Shown here in pieces: positions 9,772-20,036 of a DNA stretch of 64,000 bases (position 1 is the stretch's first letter; each line of letters begins with the position of its first letter). This stretch comes from an uncultured Bacilli bacterium (GTDB lineage: Bacteria; Bacillota_I; Bacilli_A; RF39; UBA660), in NCBI GenBank assembly GCA_963931685.1, contig OZ007038.1:1194940-1258939 (forward strand), read 5' to 3'. The position numbers were made by a program, and so were the translations under genes. The notes under the pieces were generated by a model that saw only the letters and a program-made list of their open reading frames with translations, was not told the DNA's origin and did no database searches.

Positions 9772-10548
9772 TTACGAGTTTTTTTGTATTAATTCAATTA
9801 TATCATTAAAGTCGTTGTTATTAGTATATATAATATCAAAGCATTTTTTGAATTCTTTTATTTTTAAATCATCTTTATAATTTAAAAATCCAATTTTATA
9901 AGTTTCAGACTCTTCTTTAACTTTCATTAATGTGTCTCCTGTATTGTCTCCTATGATTATAACTTCATCTTTATTTTTTAATATTTCTTTTATTTTAGGC
10001 GGAACTTCAACTTTGTTTTTGTTTAATGAGTGAATTATATTATTTCTTAATGATTTTAATTTGCCATCTTTAAACTTGAATATATTTGAAATGACATAAA
10101 CATTATTAAAAAAGCAGTTATTTTTTTTTAAAACGCCTTCTATTATATTTGATATTCCAGCTGATATTATAATAACTGGTATTTTTTTTTCGTTTGTATA
10201 TTTTAAAAAGTCTACAACGCCTTTTCTTAGAACAATCGAATTCTTTTTACTTACTTCATTTATATCTATTTCCTTTAAATTATATTGAACCAATAACTCT
10301 GCATGATTTTGATACCATTTTTTCATCATTTTATTTTTTATTTCATAATCTATAGAATCATCTTGTTCAATTGGAAAATAATAATCATTATTTTTTATAC
10401 TTTGTGTTATGTAATCTTTAGATATATTTGGAATAGTTGAAAGAACTCCCCAACAGTTTTGGCTGTTTTTGGTGGTTAATGTGTGATCAAAATCAGTTAC
10501 AATGTATAATTTATTTAAATCAAATATTTTTTTATTCATCTTTTTCAC
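9772..10548 (-). CDS. HAD-superfamily hydrolase, pyrimidine 5'-nucleotidase (UMPH-1)-like
   Basis: DFDHTLT motif I; ISAGISNIIEGVL and GDNTGD blocks. Confidence 0.5.
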   Translation of the reverse strand: MKKMNKKIFDLNKLYIVTDFDHTLTTKNSQNCWGVLSTIPNISKDYITQSIKNNDYYFPIEQDDSIDYEIKNKMMKKWYQNHAELLVQYNLKEIDINEVSKKNSIVLRKGVVDFLKYTNEKKIPVIIISAGISNIIEGVLKKNNCFFNNVYVISNIFKFKDGKLKSLRNNIIHSLNKNKVEVPPKIKEILKNKDEVIIIGDNTGDTLMKVKEESETYKIGFLNYKDDLKIKEFKKCFDIIYTNNNDFNDIIELIQKNS

Positions 10549-10668
10549 CTGTAATCATTATATGAAAAATTTTAATTTTTTAAAACATATAACTATTGAC
10601 TTATAAATTTTAGTTGCTTTATTTTTTTATTATTGCTATATTAATTAATATAGTATGGGGCGAGAAAA

Positions 10669-11400
10669 ATGATTAATTTTATCATCTGTGACGATAACGA
10701 ATTTTTTTTAATGGAAATTTATAATGTTGTCAGTAATTTTTGTTTAAAAAGAAATATAAGTTTTAAAATATTTGTTTTTTCTGATTATAATAATGACTTT
10801 TTTGAGGTTATGAAAAAAGAATTAGATAACAAAATATATATTTTGGATATTGAAACTCCTAGTGGGAATGGTATTGATATTGCTAAAAAGATAAGAAATA
10901 AGGATTTAAATTCATTTTTAATTTTTATTAGTTCTTATACAAAAAAATATGTTAATCAAGTAGTTAGCAGTGATACTATGTTTATAGGTTATATTTCAAA
11001 AAGGAAAAATTATAATGAGGAATTAGAAAAAAAACTTAAAAAGATTTTTAATCTTGGTTTTAGAAGAAATGTTATTCGGTTTAAAGATCAAGGTGTTATT
11101 TATACTTTTGACATGAGAAATATTATATATATTGAGGCTGATAGTAAAAAAAGAAGGAGTATTATTCATACTAAAAATTCTACTATAGAGGTTAGACTTA
11201 CTTTGAAAAAATTAAAACAAATTCTGGACTATAGATTTGAATATTCCCACAGAAGTTGTATTATAAACCATGAGCAAATTTTTTATATTGATACAATTGT
11301 TAAAGTTATTAAATTTAAAGACGGTAATACTATAAGTCTACTCTCAGATAGTTTTATTAAAAAAATAAGATTACAGCAATCTCATATACATTTCATGTAA
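10669..11400 (+). CDS. LytTR-family response regulator (orphan, AgrA-like)
   Basis: Receiver domain (MINFIICDD...LDIETPSGNGIDIAKKIR) plus C-terminal LytTR-like domain; paralog of the regulator at 58563-59264; no adjacent kinase. Confidence 0.8.
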   Translation: MINFIICDDNEFFLMEIYNVVSNFCLKRNISFKIFVFSDYNNDFFEVMKKELDNKIYILDIETPSGNGIDIAKKIRNKDLNSFLIFISSYTKKYVNQVVSSDTMFIGYISKRKNYNEELEKKLKKIFNLGFRRNVIRFKDQGVIYTFDMRNIIYIEADSKKRRSIIHTKNSTIEVRLTLKKLKQILDYRFEYSHRSCIINHEQIFYIDTIVKVIKFKDGNTISLLSDSFIKKIRLQQSHIHFM

Positions 11401-11540
11401 TTATTTATAAATTTCATGTAACTTTTTTTATTATGTGCTAACGGGAAAATAATTTTATGTTACAATTTTTATTGTAGTAAAGGTTGTGATAAATGAATTA
11501 ATGTTTTATTAAAAATTAGTAGTAGAAGGAGCAGTATGTA

Positions 11541-11885
11541 ATGTTAACAAAGTTTGATATTTCAGGGGGAAATAATAAAACTTTAAATAGAGTTTATAAA
11601 GAAATGATTAAAGGTCATAAATGTAAAAGTGTTTATGATGGAATTTATAATACTTTTATTAAAGATATTTTAGGCTATAAAAACATTAAGGATTTAACAA
11701 GTAATGATATTGATTATTTTTATATATATTTAACTAGAAAAACTTACAATGGTCATTTATATAGTCATAGTTATATAAAAAAAGTTATGAATTTGCTTAA
11801 AAAAATTTTTGATTTTGGAATTAAAAATAAGTATATTGAAATTAATTTAGTAGAAATTAAAATATATTTTACTAAAAATTATTGA
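11541..11885 (+). pseudogene. fragment of a tyrosine integrase (N-terminal core-binding/SAM-like domain only)
   Basis: 114 aa with LTSNDIDYFYIYL...YSHSYIKKVMNLLKKIFDFGIKNKYI pattern; no catalytic domain follows. Confidence 0.4.
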
Positions 11886-11926
11886 TTAAAGCAAAAAAAA
11901 TAGTTATACTAAGTCTAGGTGATTAT

Positions 11927-12358
11927 ATGAGAAATACTAAGTTTATAGCTATTTTTTTATTCTCTATAATATTACTAACGGGATGTGAAAGTAAAGAGTT
12001 AAGTTGTACAAAAGAAGAAACTGCTGATTCTGGTAAAGTAAATGAAAAGCAAGTATTTATTTTTAAAAACAATACAATAAGTACATATGATGCTGAAATG
12101 GTAATCAATTTAAATGATGATTTTAAGGATTATGCTGATTTATTGTTAGAAAGTTTAGAGTCTCCTTTTGAAGAGTTTAAAGATAAAAAAGGTATAACTT
12201 ATAAAACTTCTAAAAATGATAATAAAATTTCCGTTAGTATTAGTGCTGATTATGACAAAATTGATGAAGATACTAAGAAAAGTTTAGGTATTTTTGAAAA
12301 TCCTTCATTTGAGAAAACTAAAAAAACTCTAGAGGATGATGGTTATAAATGTAAGTAA
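11927..12358 (+). CDS. lipoprotein
   Basis: Lipobox LLTGC after a hydrophobic leader; ATG 11927 preceded by AGGTGA. Confidence 0.6.
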   Translation: MRNTKFIAIFLFSIILLTGCESKELSCTKEETADSGKVNEKQVFIFKNNTISTYDAEMVINLNDDFKDYADLLLESLESPFEEFKDKKGITYKTSKNDNKISVSISADYDKIDEDTKKSLGIFENPSFEKTKKTLEDDGYKCK

Positions 12359-12414
12359 ACACAATATTGTGTTTTTTTTACATTGTTGGGCAAAAAAATA
12401 ACGAGGAATTCTCG

Positions 12415-13269
12415 TTATTTTAATCCTACTTCTTCAAATAAGCTATCAATAACTGATGTATCATTAGTGTATCCACTGATTTCAGTTATTACTTCTTTAT
12501 CTTTAATAGCTAAAGTAAGTGGCGTTCCCCAATCAGCATTTTCTTCAAAGTAGCTTAATGATGAAAATACTTTATTAGAGTCTCCACTATCCATAGTATC
12601 AATTTCTAAGAAGTAAACTGGAACATTCTTTTCACCAGCATATTCATTAATTACAGGTAAAAATTGTTCACAATAACCACAAGTTGATTGGGTAATTACT
12701 ACCACAAATGGATTATCACTATTATATAAGCAGTCATATTGTTCATATGTTAATCTAGAAAGATTTTCATACTCTGAGTCACTTTCAGCATTACATGCAA
12801 ATTTGACAAGTCCTGCATCTTCTAAGAAATCATAAATTTTGTCACTATCATCTAAATTTTTATCCATACCTTCAATAACTTTTCCATTTTCAACAACAAC
12901 TAAACTAGTGTTATCATAAGAAACTTTGTCTGTTTTTAATTCTTTTTCAATATTTTTTAAATCAGTATTTGAAACTTCATCACTAAGATAATAAATGCCA
13001 TGATTTGTTTTTGAAGCTGCTTTATTAAGTGCCTCTTTTTCTTTATCACTTAATCCATCAGATATAGCAATAGCAAATTTACTGTCTTGTTTAGTTAAAC
13101 ATTCATATTGTTCATATTTAACGCTACCTAATTTATTATAATCTTTATCAGCTGTAACTCCACAGGCAAATGTTGTATCGGCTTCAGGCCAAAATGCTAT
13201 AACTAAGATGACAGCTACAATTAAAACTATTGAAATAAAAAATATTAACATCCTTTTGTTTTCATTCAT
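12415..13269 (-). CDS. membrane-anchored thioredoxin-fold protein (internally duplicated)
   Basis: N-terminal TM helix; two homologous halves (FACGVTADKDYNKLG..YEQYEC and FACNAESDSEYENLS..YEQYDC); only the second half has CGYC (CxxC). Confidence 0.6.
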   Translation of the reverse strand: MNENKRMLIFFISIVLIVAVILVIAFWPEADTTFACGVTADKDYNKLGSVKYEQYECLTKQDSKFAIAISDGLSDKEKEALNKAASKTNHGIYYLSDEVSNTDLKNIEKELKTDKVSYDNTSLVVVENGKVIEGMDKNLDDSDKIYDFLEDAGLVKFACNAESDSEYENLSRLTYEQYDCLYNSDNPFVVVITQSTCGYCEQFLPVINEYAGEKNVPVYFLEIDTMDSGDSNKVFSSLSYFEENADWGTPLTLAIKDKEVITEISGYTNDTSVIDSLFEEVGLK

Positions 13270-13377
13270 ATTATGTACCTCTTCTTTCCTTTTATATAAT
13301 AACATATTTACTATTTTTTTATCAATATTATGGAATGAAATTTTCATGAAAATGTTGAATTTTCAATGTTTTAATAA

Positions 13378-14802
13378 TTACTTTTCAATATATGGTTTTA
13401 TGGCATCACTTAAACATCCAATTGTGTCACGAGCTAACATGCTGACACTGCCTTTTTTCTTTTGAGCTATCTCTCCCGCTAAACCATTTATGTAAGCGGC
13501 AAAAGCAACTGTTTTTATATCTGGTTTTTTATATCCTAATAATCCAATTAATATTCCTGACAAAACATCTCCACTTCCTGCTGTTGCCATACCAGCTGAG
13601 CCTTTATCTATTAAATATACTTTATTACCATCTGTAACTATTGTGGTTGGACCTTTTAAAAGTAAAATAATATTATATTTTTTTGCATATTCCTTAGCAA
13701 TATCAATTGGATTTTCAGTTATTTCACTGATTTCAAATCCTGTTAATCTTGAGAATTCTTTTAAATGTGGGGTTAATATTAAGTTTGGGGTTAACTTTTT
13801 TGTGTGGGCTAAAATATTTAGTCCATCGGCATCTAGTACTATTGGTATATTATAATTATTTAAAATATAGTTTAATATTTGTTCGTTATTTTTATTCTGG
13901 TCCCAACCTATTCCTATTAAAAGAGCAGTTACATTTTTTAATGACTGATTTATTTTTTCTTCATTAAAAATCATCTGGCCATTTACATCTTCTATTGGAA
14001 AAATTGTACTTTCTAAAGTATATAAAAGAAGACTCTGGCTTATACTAGATGGTATTATTATTCTTGATACTCCAGCGCCTGAAGCTAATGCTGATAGGCT
14101 TAAGCTTGCAAGTTTTACTGAGCCACTATACTTTATAGAACCTCCTAATATTCCAACTAATCCATAGCTTCCTTTATGGCTATAATTTAATCTTTTAGGG
14201 ATAAAATTTTTAAAATCAGCTTCTTCTAAAAGATAGTAATATTTTTCATTTGTGTCTTTTTCAAGGTTTACATTAATCAATTTATCAATATTATCTTTTG
14301 CCATATTTAATAAATGTCCTGGTTTTAAACCACCTATGGAAATAGTTAGCGTTGAATGGATGCATGTTTTAGCAAGACCATTATATGGATTTAATCCACT
14401 ATTTATATCTATGCTGATAATTGGCTTATTACTTTGGTTCATTTTTTCTATTATTTCATTTTCTATATTTGATAGTTGGTTTTTACCTATAGCATCTATT
14501 AAAATGTCATAAGATGTAAATTTAATGGTGTGATTATATATATATAATTTATTTTTGGGGATATTAAGGTAATTTTTTTCATTATTAAACATTTCTTGAT
14601 TAGTAAATAATATATTTACGTCAACTTCTTTTTTCTGCGTGTGTAAATATAAAGATTGCGCTAATTTTAAGTTATTTAAAGTTCCTACTGCTATTAATAC
14701 TTTTCCTTTAATTGGATAACTATTTAATGTGCTTTCAGCAATTATATCTAGTTCTTCTTTTGTATAATTGTTTTCTGTTGGTTTGGAAAGTACCTTTTGC
14801 AT
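13378..14802 (-). CDS. nnr: bifunctional NAD(P)H-hydrate repair enzyme (epimerase/dehydratase)
   Basis: C-terminal YjeF-type dehydratase blocks HKGSYG, DADGL, GSGDVLSG; N-terminal YjeF_N-like half; ATG after AAGGTGA. Confidence 0.8.
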   Translation of the reverse strand: MQKVLSKPTENNYTKEELDIIAESTLNSYPIKGKVLIAVGTLNNLKLAQSLYLHTQKKEVDVNILFTNQEMFNNEKNYLNIPKNKLYIYNHTIKFTSYDILIDAIGKNQLSNIENEIIEKMNQSNKPIISIDINSGLNPYNGLAKTCIHSTLTISIGGLKPGHLLNMAKDNIDKLINVNLEKDTNEKYYYLLEEADFKNFIPKRLNYSHKGSYGLVGILGGSIKYSGSVKLASLSLSALASGAGVSRIIIPSSISQSLLLYTLESTIFPIEDVNGQMIFNEEKINQSLKNVTALLIGIGWDQNKNNEQILNYILNNYNIPIVLDADGLNILAHTKKLTPNLILTPHLKEFSRLTGFEISEITENPIDIAKEYAKKYNIILLLKGPTTIVTDGNKVYLIDKGSAGMATAGSGDVLSGILIGLLGYKKPDIKTVAFAAYINGLAGEIAQKKKGSVSMLARDTIGCLSDAIKPYIEK

Positions 14803-14903
14803 TACTATCACCTTCTATTACTTTTGTATAGAGTATATCATAAGAAATCTTACTTGTAAATTTTTCCAAATCAACATTTTGATAATTGTATATTAAAAAG
14901 TGG

Positions 14904-15530
14904 CTAGTGATTATTTTTACTGCTTACATTAGCCACTTTGGTTTTGTTTATTATTTTATTTATTTTTTTTATTTGTCTTTCCATGTGATGGTGATGATAA
15001 TAATTAAGAAGAAGCGTAATTCGATTATTTTTAACTAATAATACATCTGGATAAGCGATTACTTTTCTTTTTTTACTATTTATATATGTAAAACATTTTA
15101 GATATGGTTTAATTAGTTCTTTTATTTGGTTTATTTCATTTTTATTTAATTGGATTGTAATAATTTTACATGGAATTTTAAGCTTAATAATTTGATTGTA
15201 TTTATCTTCATTTGTAGATTTTAAATCATATGGTAATATTTCTTTACATATTCTTTTTAAGCGATAGTTCTTTTTCATATCATCTAGATAATAAAAATAT
15301 GACCACATATTGCTTTGACAACATATTTCTTTAGATATTTTATATACCTCACCTTTTTCACTGATAATTACATCAGCTTCATAATATCTATCCATAAATA
15401 GTTGATTAGCTTTTTCTTTAATGACGTTATTGATTGGAAAAATTATTTCTTTTTCTCCTTTGACACTTGTATACCAATATGCAATGTGTTCACTTAATGA
15501 TGAAAGTAGTTTATCATTATCCATTAACAT
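14904..15530 (-). CDS. hypothetical protein
   Basis: 208-aa ORF; no motif recognised (contains a YYHHHHM run). Confidence 0.4.
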   Translation of the reverse strand: MLMDNDKLLSSLSEHIAYWYTSVKGEKEIIFPINNVIKEKANQLFMDRYYEADVIISEKGEVYKISKEICCQSNMWSYFYYLDDMKKNYRLKRICKEILPYDLKSTNEDKYNQIIKLKIPCKIITIQLNKNEINQIKELIKPYLKCFTYINSKKRKVIAYPDVLLVKNNRITLLLNYYHHHHMERQIKKINKIINKTKVANVSSKNNH

Positions 15531-15601
15531 TTATCCTTTCTTGCTAAAATATTACCTACGGTAAATAAAATATATCATAATAGTATATATATAATATTTG
15601 A

Positions 15602-15659
15602 TTTGTTTGAATGTTTGCCTTTTTATGACAAAGATTATTTTTTTTGTTTGAACGTATAT
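15602..15659 (+). promoter_or_regulatory. direct repeats TTTGTTTGAA(T/C)GT upstream of the DUF368 gene (candidate LytTR-regulator site)
   Basis: Copies at 15602-15614 and 15643-15655; the 17-mer TTTGTTTGAACGTATAT (15643-15659) recurs upstream of agrB at 56256-56272. Confidence 0.3.
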
Positions 15660-15717
15660 TTATTTTGTTTATTTGATTAAATTGTAATATTTGATTTATT
15701 AATTTATATATTTTAGT

Positions 15718-16539
15718 ATGAAATATATAATGTTAATATGTAAGGGCTTTATTATAGGAGTAGCAAAAATTATTCCTGGGGTGAGTGGAGCTATAATTGC
15801 TATTTCTTTTGGAGTTTATGAACGGCTTGTTAATATAATGTCTAGACCTACTAAGTTAAACTTTAATGATTTGAAGTTCTTAGTTTGTTTATTAATTGGG
15901 GCAGCTTTAGGAATTGGCTTATTATGTAAAGTTGTAAAGTGGTGTCTAGAAATATTTTATCTTCCAACTATGTTACTATTTGTTGGTTTAATATTTGGTG
16001 GAATCTCAGAAATTACTAATAAAATCAAAACAAAAAGAATGAGTGCTAAAAGTTTAATAACTTTTATATGCTGTTTTTCTATTCTTTATTATTTGGTTAA
16101 CATTCAAGGTGGAAATGGGAATGTAATTCATGATAACTTTGTCTATTTTTTAATTGGTATAATTGAATCTGCAACTACAATTATTCCTGGAATTAGTGGT
16201 ACAGCTATTTTTATAGCTTTAGGTTGGTATGAAAACTTGCTTGGTATTTTTGAAGGTATAACAAATTTTAGTATAGATTTTTTTACTTTGTGTTTGTTCT
16301 TAAGTGGATTTATTATTAGTACGATTATGATTTCAAAATTAATATCTTATTTATTTAATAATTATAAGTCTTTGGCATATACTGGCGTATTGGGATTTAT
16401 GATTTCATCTTTAGTAATTATGTTAGAAGATACTTTCAGTCACGGATTTTCTATTTTAGAGATAATTATTGGTGTTTGTCTATTTTTAATTGGAACTATG
16501 ATGACTAAAAAAATTAATACTTTTTTTAGCAAGTTATAA
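15718..16539 (+). CDS. DUF368-family polytopic membrane protein (undecaprenyl-phosphate translocase type)
   Basis: Two repeats of the IIPG(V/I)SG(A/T)AI motif in a ~9-TM protein, as in DUF368. Confidence 0.65.
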   Translation: MKYIMLICKGFIIGVAKIIPGVSGAIIAISFGVYERLVNIMSRPTKLNFNDLKFLVCLLIGAALGIGLLCKVVKWCLEIFYLPTMLLFVGLIFGGISEITNKIKTKRMSAKSLITFICCFSILYYLVNIQGGNGNVIHDNFVYFLIGIIESATTIIPGISGTAIFIALGWYENLLGIFEGITNFSIDFFTLCLFLSGFIISTIMISKLISYLFNNYKSLAYTGVLGFMISSLVIMLEDTFSHGFSILEIIIGVCLFLIGTMMTKKINTFFSKL

Positions 16540-16573
16540 ATTTTAATTCATATTATTAATTAGAGGTGATAAG

Positions 16574-16894
16574 ATGGAAAAGAAATTACCAAAAGTTTTT
16601 GCGAATAAGGTAGAGGGAAACGCTGGTAACAACGAAAATGTATATTATTCTTACGGAAAGAACAATCAAGATGATAGAACAGTGGATACTCCTAAGTTAA
16701 ATGGAAAAAACATTAATCAGAAAATAAATGAAATATTTAATTCGTCAAATTATATTTATAAGGCCGATGTTAAATTAACTTTAAAAAGTGGCACTGTTAC
16801 TAAAAGAATTGTTGGAAAGAATGCTACTCATTTGATTACAATAGATAATGAGCTTATTCCATTAACTGATATTATCGATATCGAAAGAAAATAA
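16574..16894 (+). CDS. hypothetical protein
   Basis: 106-aa ORF with GAGGTGA RBS, followed by a hairpin terminator (16896-16925). Confidence 0.4.
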   Translation: MEKKLPKVFANKVEGNAGNNENVYYSYGKNNQDDRTVDTPKLNGKNINQKINEIFNSSNYIYKADVKLTLKSGTVTKRIVGKNATHLITIDNELIPLTDIIDIERK

Positions 16895-16974
16895 AAAATT
16901 CCTAGTCATTAAATTAGGAATTTTTTATAAATAAATTTTTATATAATAAAACCCTTGGTAAACAAGGGTAATTT

Positions 16975-16997
16975 CTAAATGGTCGGGAAAACAGGAT
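16975..16997. repeat. att repeat (distal copy) CTAAATGGTCGGGAAAACAGGAT
   Basis: Identical to 27674-27696, which covers the last 18 nt of tRNA-Pro plus 5 nt downstream; flanking bases differ on both sides. Confidence 0.85.
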
Positions 16998-17127
16998 AAC
17001 GTACCATTTTATATATGTTTCATTTTCCTTTATTTTTCAAGGAGTTAAATGTACTTAAAGGTTACAGAGTGCTAATAATTTTCTTTGTTTTTATACTTTT
17101 TAAGTGAAAAACAAGGGAGGTAATAAA

Positions 17128-17787
17128 GTGGCAGTCTTCAGAATAAATAAGAACGATAATTATACTGTGATGTCTAATTATCATTTAAAAGATAAAAATC
17201 TAACATATAAAGCTAAAGGTCTACTTTCATTTATGCTTAGTTTACCAGATGACTGGGACTATTCAATGAACGGTTTAGTAGCCATTAGTAAAGAAAATAT
17301 TAGTGCCATAAGGTCTGCATTAAAAGAATTAGAGCAAAATCATTACTTAATCAGAACTAGACACCAAAAAAGTAATGGACAATTTGAATATGATTACACT
17401 ATTTATGAAAAACCTCTAGTTCAACCGTATATAGGTTTTCTGCATACGGTTAATCCGCATACGGAAAATCACATACAAATAAATACTAATAACAAAGATA
17501 AAAAAGATAAACAAAATTTGCCTTTAATAAAAGAGCTAATTAATAGAAATTTTATAGAAGAAAGCGATATAAATATACCGGCATATTATGATTTACTCTG
17601 TGATGTGCAAAAAGAATATGATTATTATGATTTGGCTAGAGTTTGTGGTTATATAGCTGATAAGTGGAAAGATAATAAAGGGTTAGACGAAAATAATAAC
17701 CCTATTATCAATAAATTTGCTTATTTTAAAAGTTCACTAATAAACAATTTAGAAAAAATAAATAATGTAGTTGAATTAGACTATTAA
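17128..17787 (+). CDS. replication-initiator / DnaD-like winged-helix protein
   Basis: FRINKNDNYTVMSNYHLKDKNLTYKAKGLLSFMLSLPDDWDYS is a typical plasmid/ICE Rep N-terminus; GTG 17128 follows GGGAGG. Confidence 0.5.
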   Translation: MAVFRINKNDNYTVMSNYHLKDKNLTYKAKGLLSFMLSLPDDWDYSMNGLVAISKENISAIRSALKELEQNHYLIRTRHQKSNGQFEYDYTIYEKPLVQPYIGFLHTVNPHTENHIQINTNNKDKKDKQNLPLIKELINRNFIEESDINIPAYYDLLCDVQKEYDYYDLARVCGYIADKWKDNKGLDENNNPIINKFAYFKSSLINNLEKINNVVELDY

Positions 17788-17848
17788 GATACTAGAAGAT
17801 ATGTTATTCGGCATATCTTCTTTTAATAATGAAAGAAAGGATGATTTA

Positions 17849-18097
17849 ATGAAAAAATTAACAATAGAAGAAATACAAAAAAATGATGTAAATACTATTA
17901 ATCAATTTAAAGTATTACAGTTTCTAAAGAAAGAACTTGATTTAAACTGTTTTGATGTTTACTTATACAATGAAGATACTATTAAAGTTATTGATAAACA
18001 TAATGATGTGGGTTACTTTAGTTATAATAAAGAAGTAAATGATATTACTTTTGTTGATGGAAAAGAGATTAATACTGAAATCGATTTAGGTATATAA
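17849..18097 (+). CDS. hypothetical protein
   Basis: 82-aa ORF from ATG 17849 (AAAGGA RBS), immediately upstream of the relaxase gene. Confidence 0.35.
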   Translation: MKKLTIEEIQKNDVNTINQFKVLQFLKKELDLNCFDVYLYNEDTIKVIDKHNDVGYFSYNKEVNDITFVDGKEINTEIDLGI

Positions 18098-18106
18098 TTA
18101 AACTTT

Positions 18107-19378
18107 ATGAACTATGCAATATTTAGAAGTGAACCAATATATACCCTATCTGATTTAGCTCAAATTGGTTCACATAATAAACGTGAGAAAAAATCATATA
18201 ATAGTAACCCTGATATAAAACTAGAATTAACTAAAGATAATATTCAATTAGTACCTTCAAATGAAAAATATGTTAAAGGGTTTTATGAACTTACTAAAGA
18301 ATATAAAAAAGAACATGATGAAAGAATGAAACATGAAAGAGCTGATAGGAAACGCACTTTTAAACAAATGCTTGATAAATCTAAAAATGTTGTGGCTGAT
18401 GAGCTATTATTTACAGCTACACATACCTTTTTTGAAAATATGAGTAAAGAAGATATTAAAAAATGGGCTGATACTTGTATGGAATTTGTATATAATGATT
18501 TAGGTTATACAAAGGATCAAGTATTACACGCAGTTGTTCACATGGACGAAAAAACGCCACATATTCATTGTGTTGTTGTCCCTTTGATTAAAAAATATGA
18601 TAAAAGAGCAAAACGTGAAAAATATACCATTTCTAAAAAAGCCTATATTAAAGATAAAATTCATTTGTCAGAGTTGCAAGATAAATATCATAAAAGGCTT
18701 ACTGATAAAGGTTTTGATTTAGAAAGAGGTATTAAAAATAGTGATAATGAACATATCAACATTAAGGAGTATAAAAAAATCACTAGAAAATTAAATCAAA
18801 AGTTAGATGTTAGAAATGAAAAACTAGAAAGTGCAATTAGTGATTTAGATAATAAAATGAAGACTAATAAAGAAACTTTATTTGATAAAGATTATGTTAA
18901 AATCAAAAAAGATACTTTTGACAGTATGAATAAAGTTATTTTTGAAAGTAAAAAAATTATGGAAATTCAACCTGCTTTAAAGAAAGTATATAATGAAGTT
19001 GATACATATACTCAAAGTTATCAAAATCTTCAAAAAGAAAATGATAATATTAAAAAAGAAGTCAAATATTTACGCAATAGAAACGAAAAGCTAGGTAAAG
19101 AAAACAAACAGCTTATTTCTTACATAAAAGCCATTTTTAAGGCTATAAAGCAATTTTTTAGGCATTTACTCATAATTGGCAATAAAGATGTTCAAAAGGC
19201 CACAAATGAAGAAATAAAAGATTATTATGATAATAAAGATTTTGATAATAATGACATTTATGATATTGCTAAAGATACTGATAGCGAAAAAGAATTATTT
19301 GATTATGCAGATATTAGTGATTATAGCCTAGTAAATAATGAATATGATAAAGATGATGACTATGAGATGTATTTATAA
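18107..19378 (+). CDS. MobV-family (Pre/Mob) relaxase
   Basis: HNKRE motif I and HMDEKTPHIHCVVVP (HxDE..PHxH) motif III; long coiled-coil C-terminus. Confidence 0.85.
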   Translation: MNYAIFRSEPIYTLSDLAQIGSHNKREKKSYNSNPDIKLELTKDNIQLVPSNEKYVKGFYELTKEYKKEHDERMKHERADRKRTFKQMLDKSKNVVADELLFTATHTFFENMSKEDIKKWADTCMEFVYNDLGYTKDQVLHAVVHMDEKTPHIHCVVVPLIKKYDKRAKREKYTISKKAYIKDKIHLSELQDKYHKRLTDKGFDLERGIKNSDNEHINIKEYKKITRKLNQKLDVRNEKLESAISDLDNKMKTNKETLFDKDYVKIKKDTFDSMNKVIFESKKIMEIQPALKKVYNEVDTYTQSYQNLQKENDNIKKEVKYLRNRNEKLGKENKQLISYIKAIFKAIKQFFRHLLIIGNKDVQKATNEEIKDYYDNKDFDNNDIYDIAKDTDSEKELFDYADISDYSLVNNEYDKDDDYEMYL

Positions 19379-19399
19379 TTCTAAAGCCAGTAAAAGAGG

Positions 19400-19627
19400 C
19401 TATTTTACTGGCTTTGATATTGTTGATAAGTTTTGACCAAGCGCTTTAGCAACCTTAGATACAGTATCTATTGTTGCATTTCTTTTGGCAAGCTCTAAAT
19501 CGCTAATACATTTATTCGTGGCATTGGACTCAAAAGCTAATTGTTCTTGAGTCCAGCCTTTACTTTTTCTATAATGCAATATATTACGAGCTATATATAT
19601 TCTGTCTTGATTTGTTAATTTTGCCAT
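19400..19627 (-). CDS. XRE-family HTH regulator
   Basis: 75 aa; KGWTQEQLAFESNATNKCISDLELAKRN HTH; close paralog of 19812-20036. Confidence 0.75.
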   Translation of the reverse strand: MAKLTNQDRIYIARNILHYRKSKGWTQEQLAFESNATNKCISDLELAKRNATIDTVSKVAKALGQNLSTISKPVK

Positions 19628-19811
19628 GTAAAAACCTACCTTTCACATTATTTTGTGCGTTTTTAGTCTTGTATGACTAGTTAAATTGTACTTTTTAATT
19701 TACATTACGTCGACGTCATATATGACTAATTTGGTAGATAAATTTATATACATTTTGCAATAAAAAAATTACTACCTTTAATAAATCTGATATAATGTAA
19801 TTAGGTAGTAA

Positions 19812-20036
19812 TTAGTTTATTTTTGTTAAGTCTGATAGTTGTACATCTAATGCTTTAGCGACTTTAGAAATTGTATCTAGTTTTACGTTTCTTTTAGCAA
19901 GTTCTAAATCGCTAATACATTTATTCGTCGTATGAGCTTCAAAAGCTAGTTGTTCTTGTGTCCACCCTTTGATTTTTCTGTAATGTACAAGATTACGAGC
20001 TACATACACTCTATCTTGATTTGTAATTTTATTCAT
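19812..20036 (-). CDS. XRE-family HTH regulator (paralog)
   Basis: 74 aa, aligns end to end with 19400-19627; the upstream region is duplicated as well. Confidence 0.75.
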   Translation of the reverse strand: MNKITNQDRVYVARNLVHYRKIKGWTQEQLAFEAHTTNKCISDLELAKRNVKLDTISKVAKALDVQLSDLTKIN

